A DNA stretch of 64,000 nucleotides from Octopus bimaculoides (lineage: Eukaryota), in assembly GCF_001194135.2 (NCBI RefSeq), contig NC_068990.1, positions 61,443,252 to 61,507,251 of the forward strand, in the 5' to 3' direction. Within the stretch, counting starts at the first letter, position 1. Every line of letters starts with the position of its first letter. Below are positions 63,700-64,000 of the stretch, piece after piece. A program made the translations under genes and the position numbers. Under the pieces are notes generated by a model. It had not been told where the DNA came from and ran no database searches. It was given only the letters and a program-made list of their open reading frames with translations.

Positions 63700-63900
63700 T
63701 TAAGTAGAATCATGATCAAAGATGTTCCATTCATGACCACCCTGACATTTTTCAGGCATACACCTTTTAATGTCTTCCACATTTAAAATGACAGTGTGAT
63801 TTGAGCAAGATTTGGCTACCGTTTCTAGTGTGGTGTGGGGAGTGACTGTATCAAGACTACTTTTTTTGTTTGGCATTTTAATAGAAAAAAAAAATGGTGG
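63700..63900 (-). mobile_element. possible Tc1/mariner-superfamily transposase C-terminal remnant
   Basis: VILNVEDIKRCM...QGGH.WNIF loosely resembles transposase ends of the V.ENF..R...C....GGH...I type. Confidence 0.25.
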
Positions 63901-64000
63901 AGCAGACAATATGATACAAGAAATCCCTAAAATTAACGTTTGACATAAGCAAGCTATGAAATAAATTATGTAAGTGCTTGGATATGTGAAGTCATTTTAA

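Overview
AT-rich, microsatellite-dense eukaryotic DNA from a gapped short-read scaffold, with many N runs and short duplications beside gaps. The SINE/LINE repertoire and repeat style look like an Octopus (coleoid cephalopod) genome; this is inferred, not database-confirmed. The window is essentially intergenic or intronic. No complete protein-coding gene is supported, only one plausible terminal exon at 58087-58202 (-). Transposable elements dominate: four tRNA-headed SINE families, RTE-clade LINE fragments and many copies of an RTE 3' tail, R4/Dong-like RLE retrotransposon ends, a 5'-truncated Penelope-like element (RT + GIY-YIG), a deleted CsRn1-like Gypsy LTR element, mariner DD34D and maT DD37D remnants, hAT and mariner MITEs, and several long fold-back palindromic elements. 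The most notable signal is an apparently intact, extended type I hammerhead ribozyme at 26285-26376 (-). It lies in a ~341-nt highly structured unit arranged as a partial direct plus inverted repeat, i.e. a retrozyme / Penelope-pLTR-like non-autonomous retroelement. Several degenerate minimal hammerheads occur elsewhere. All structures were read by eye and none were computed.
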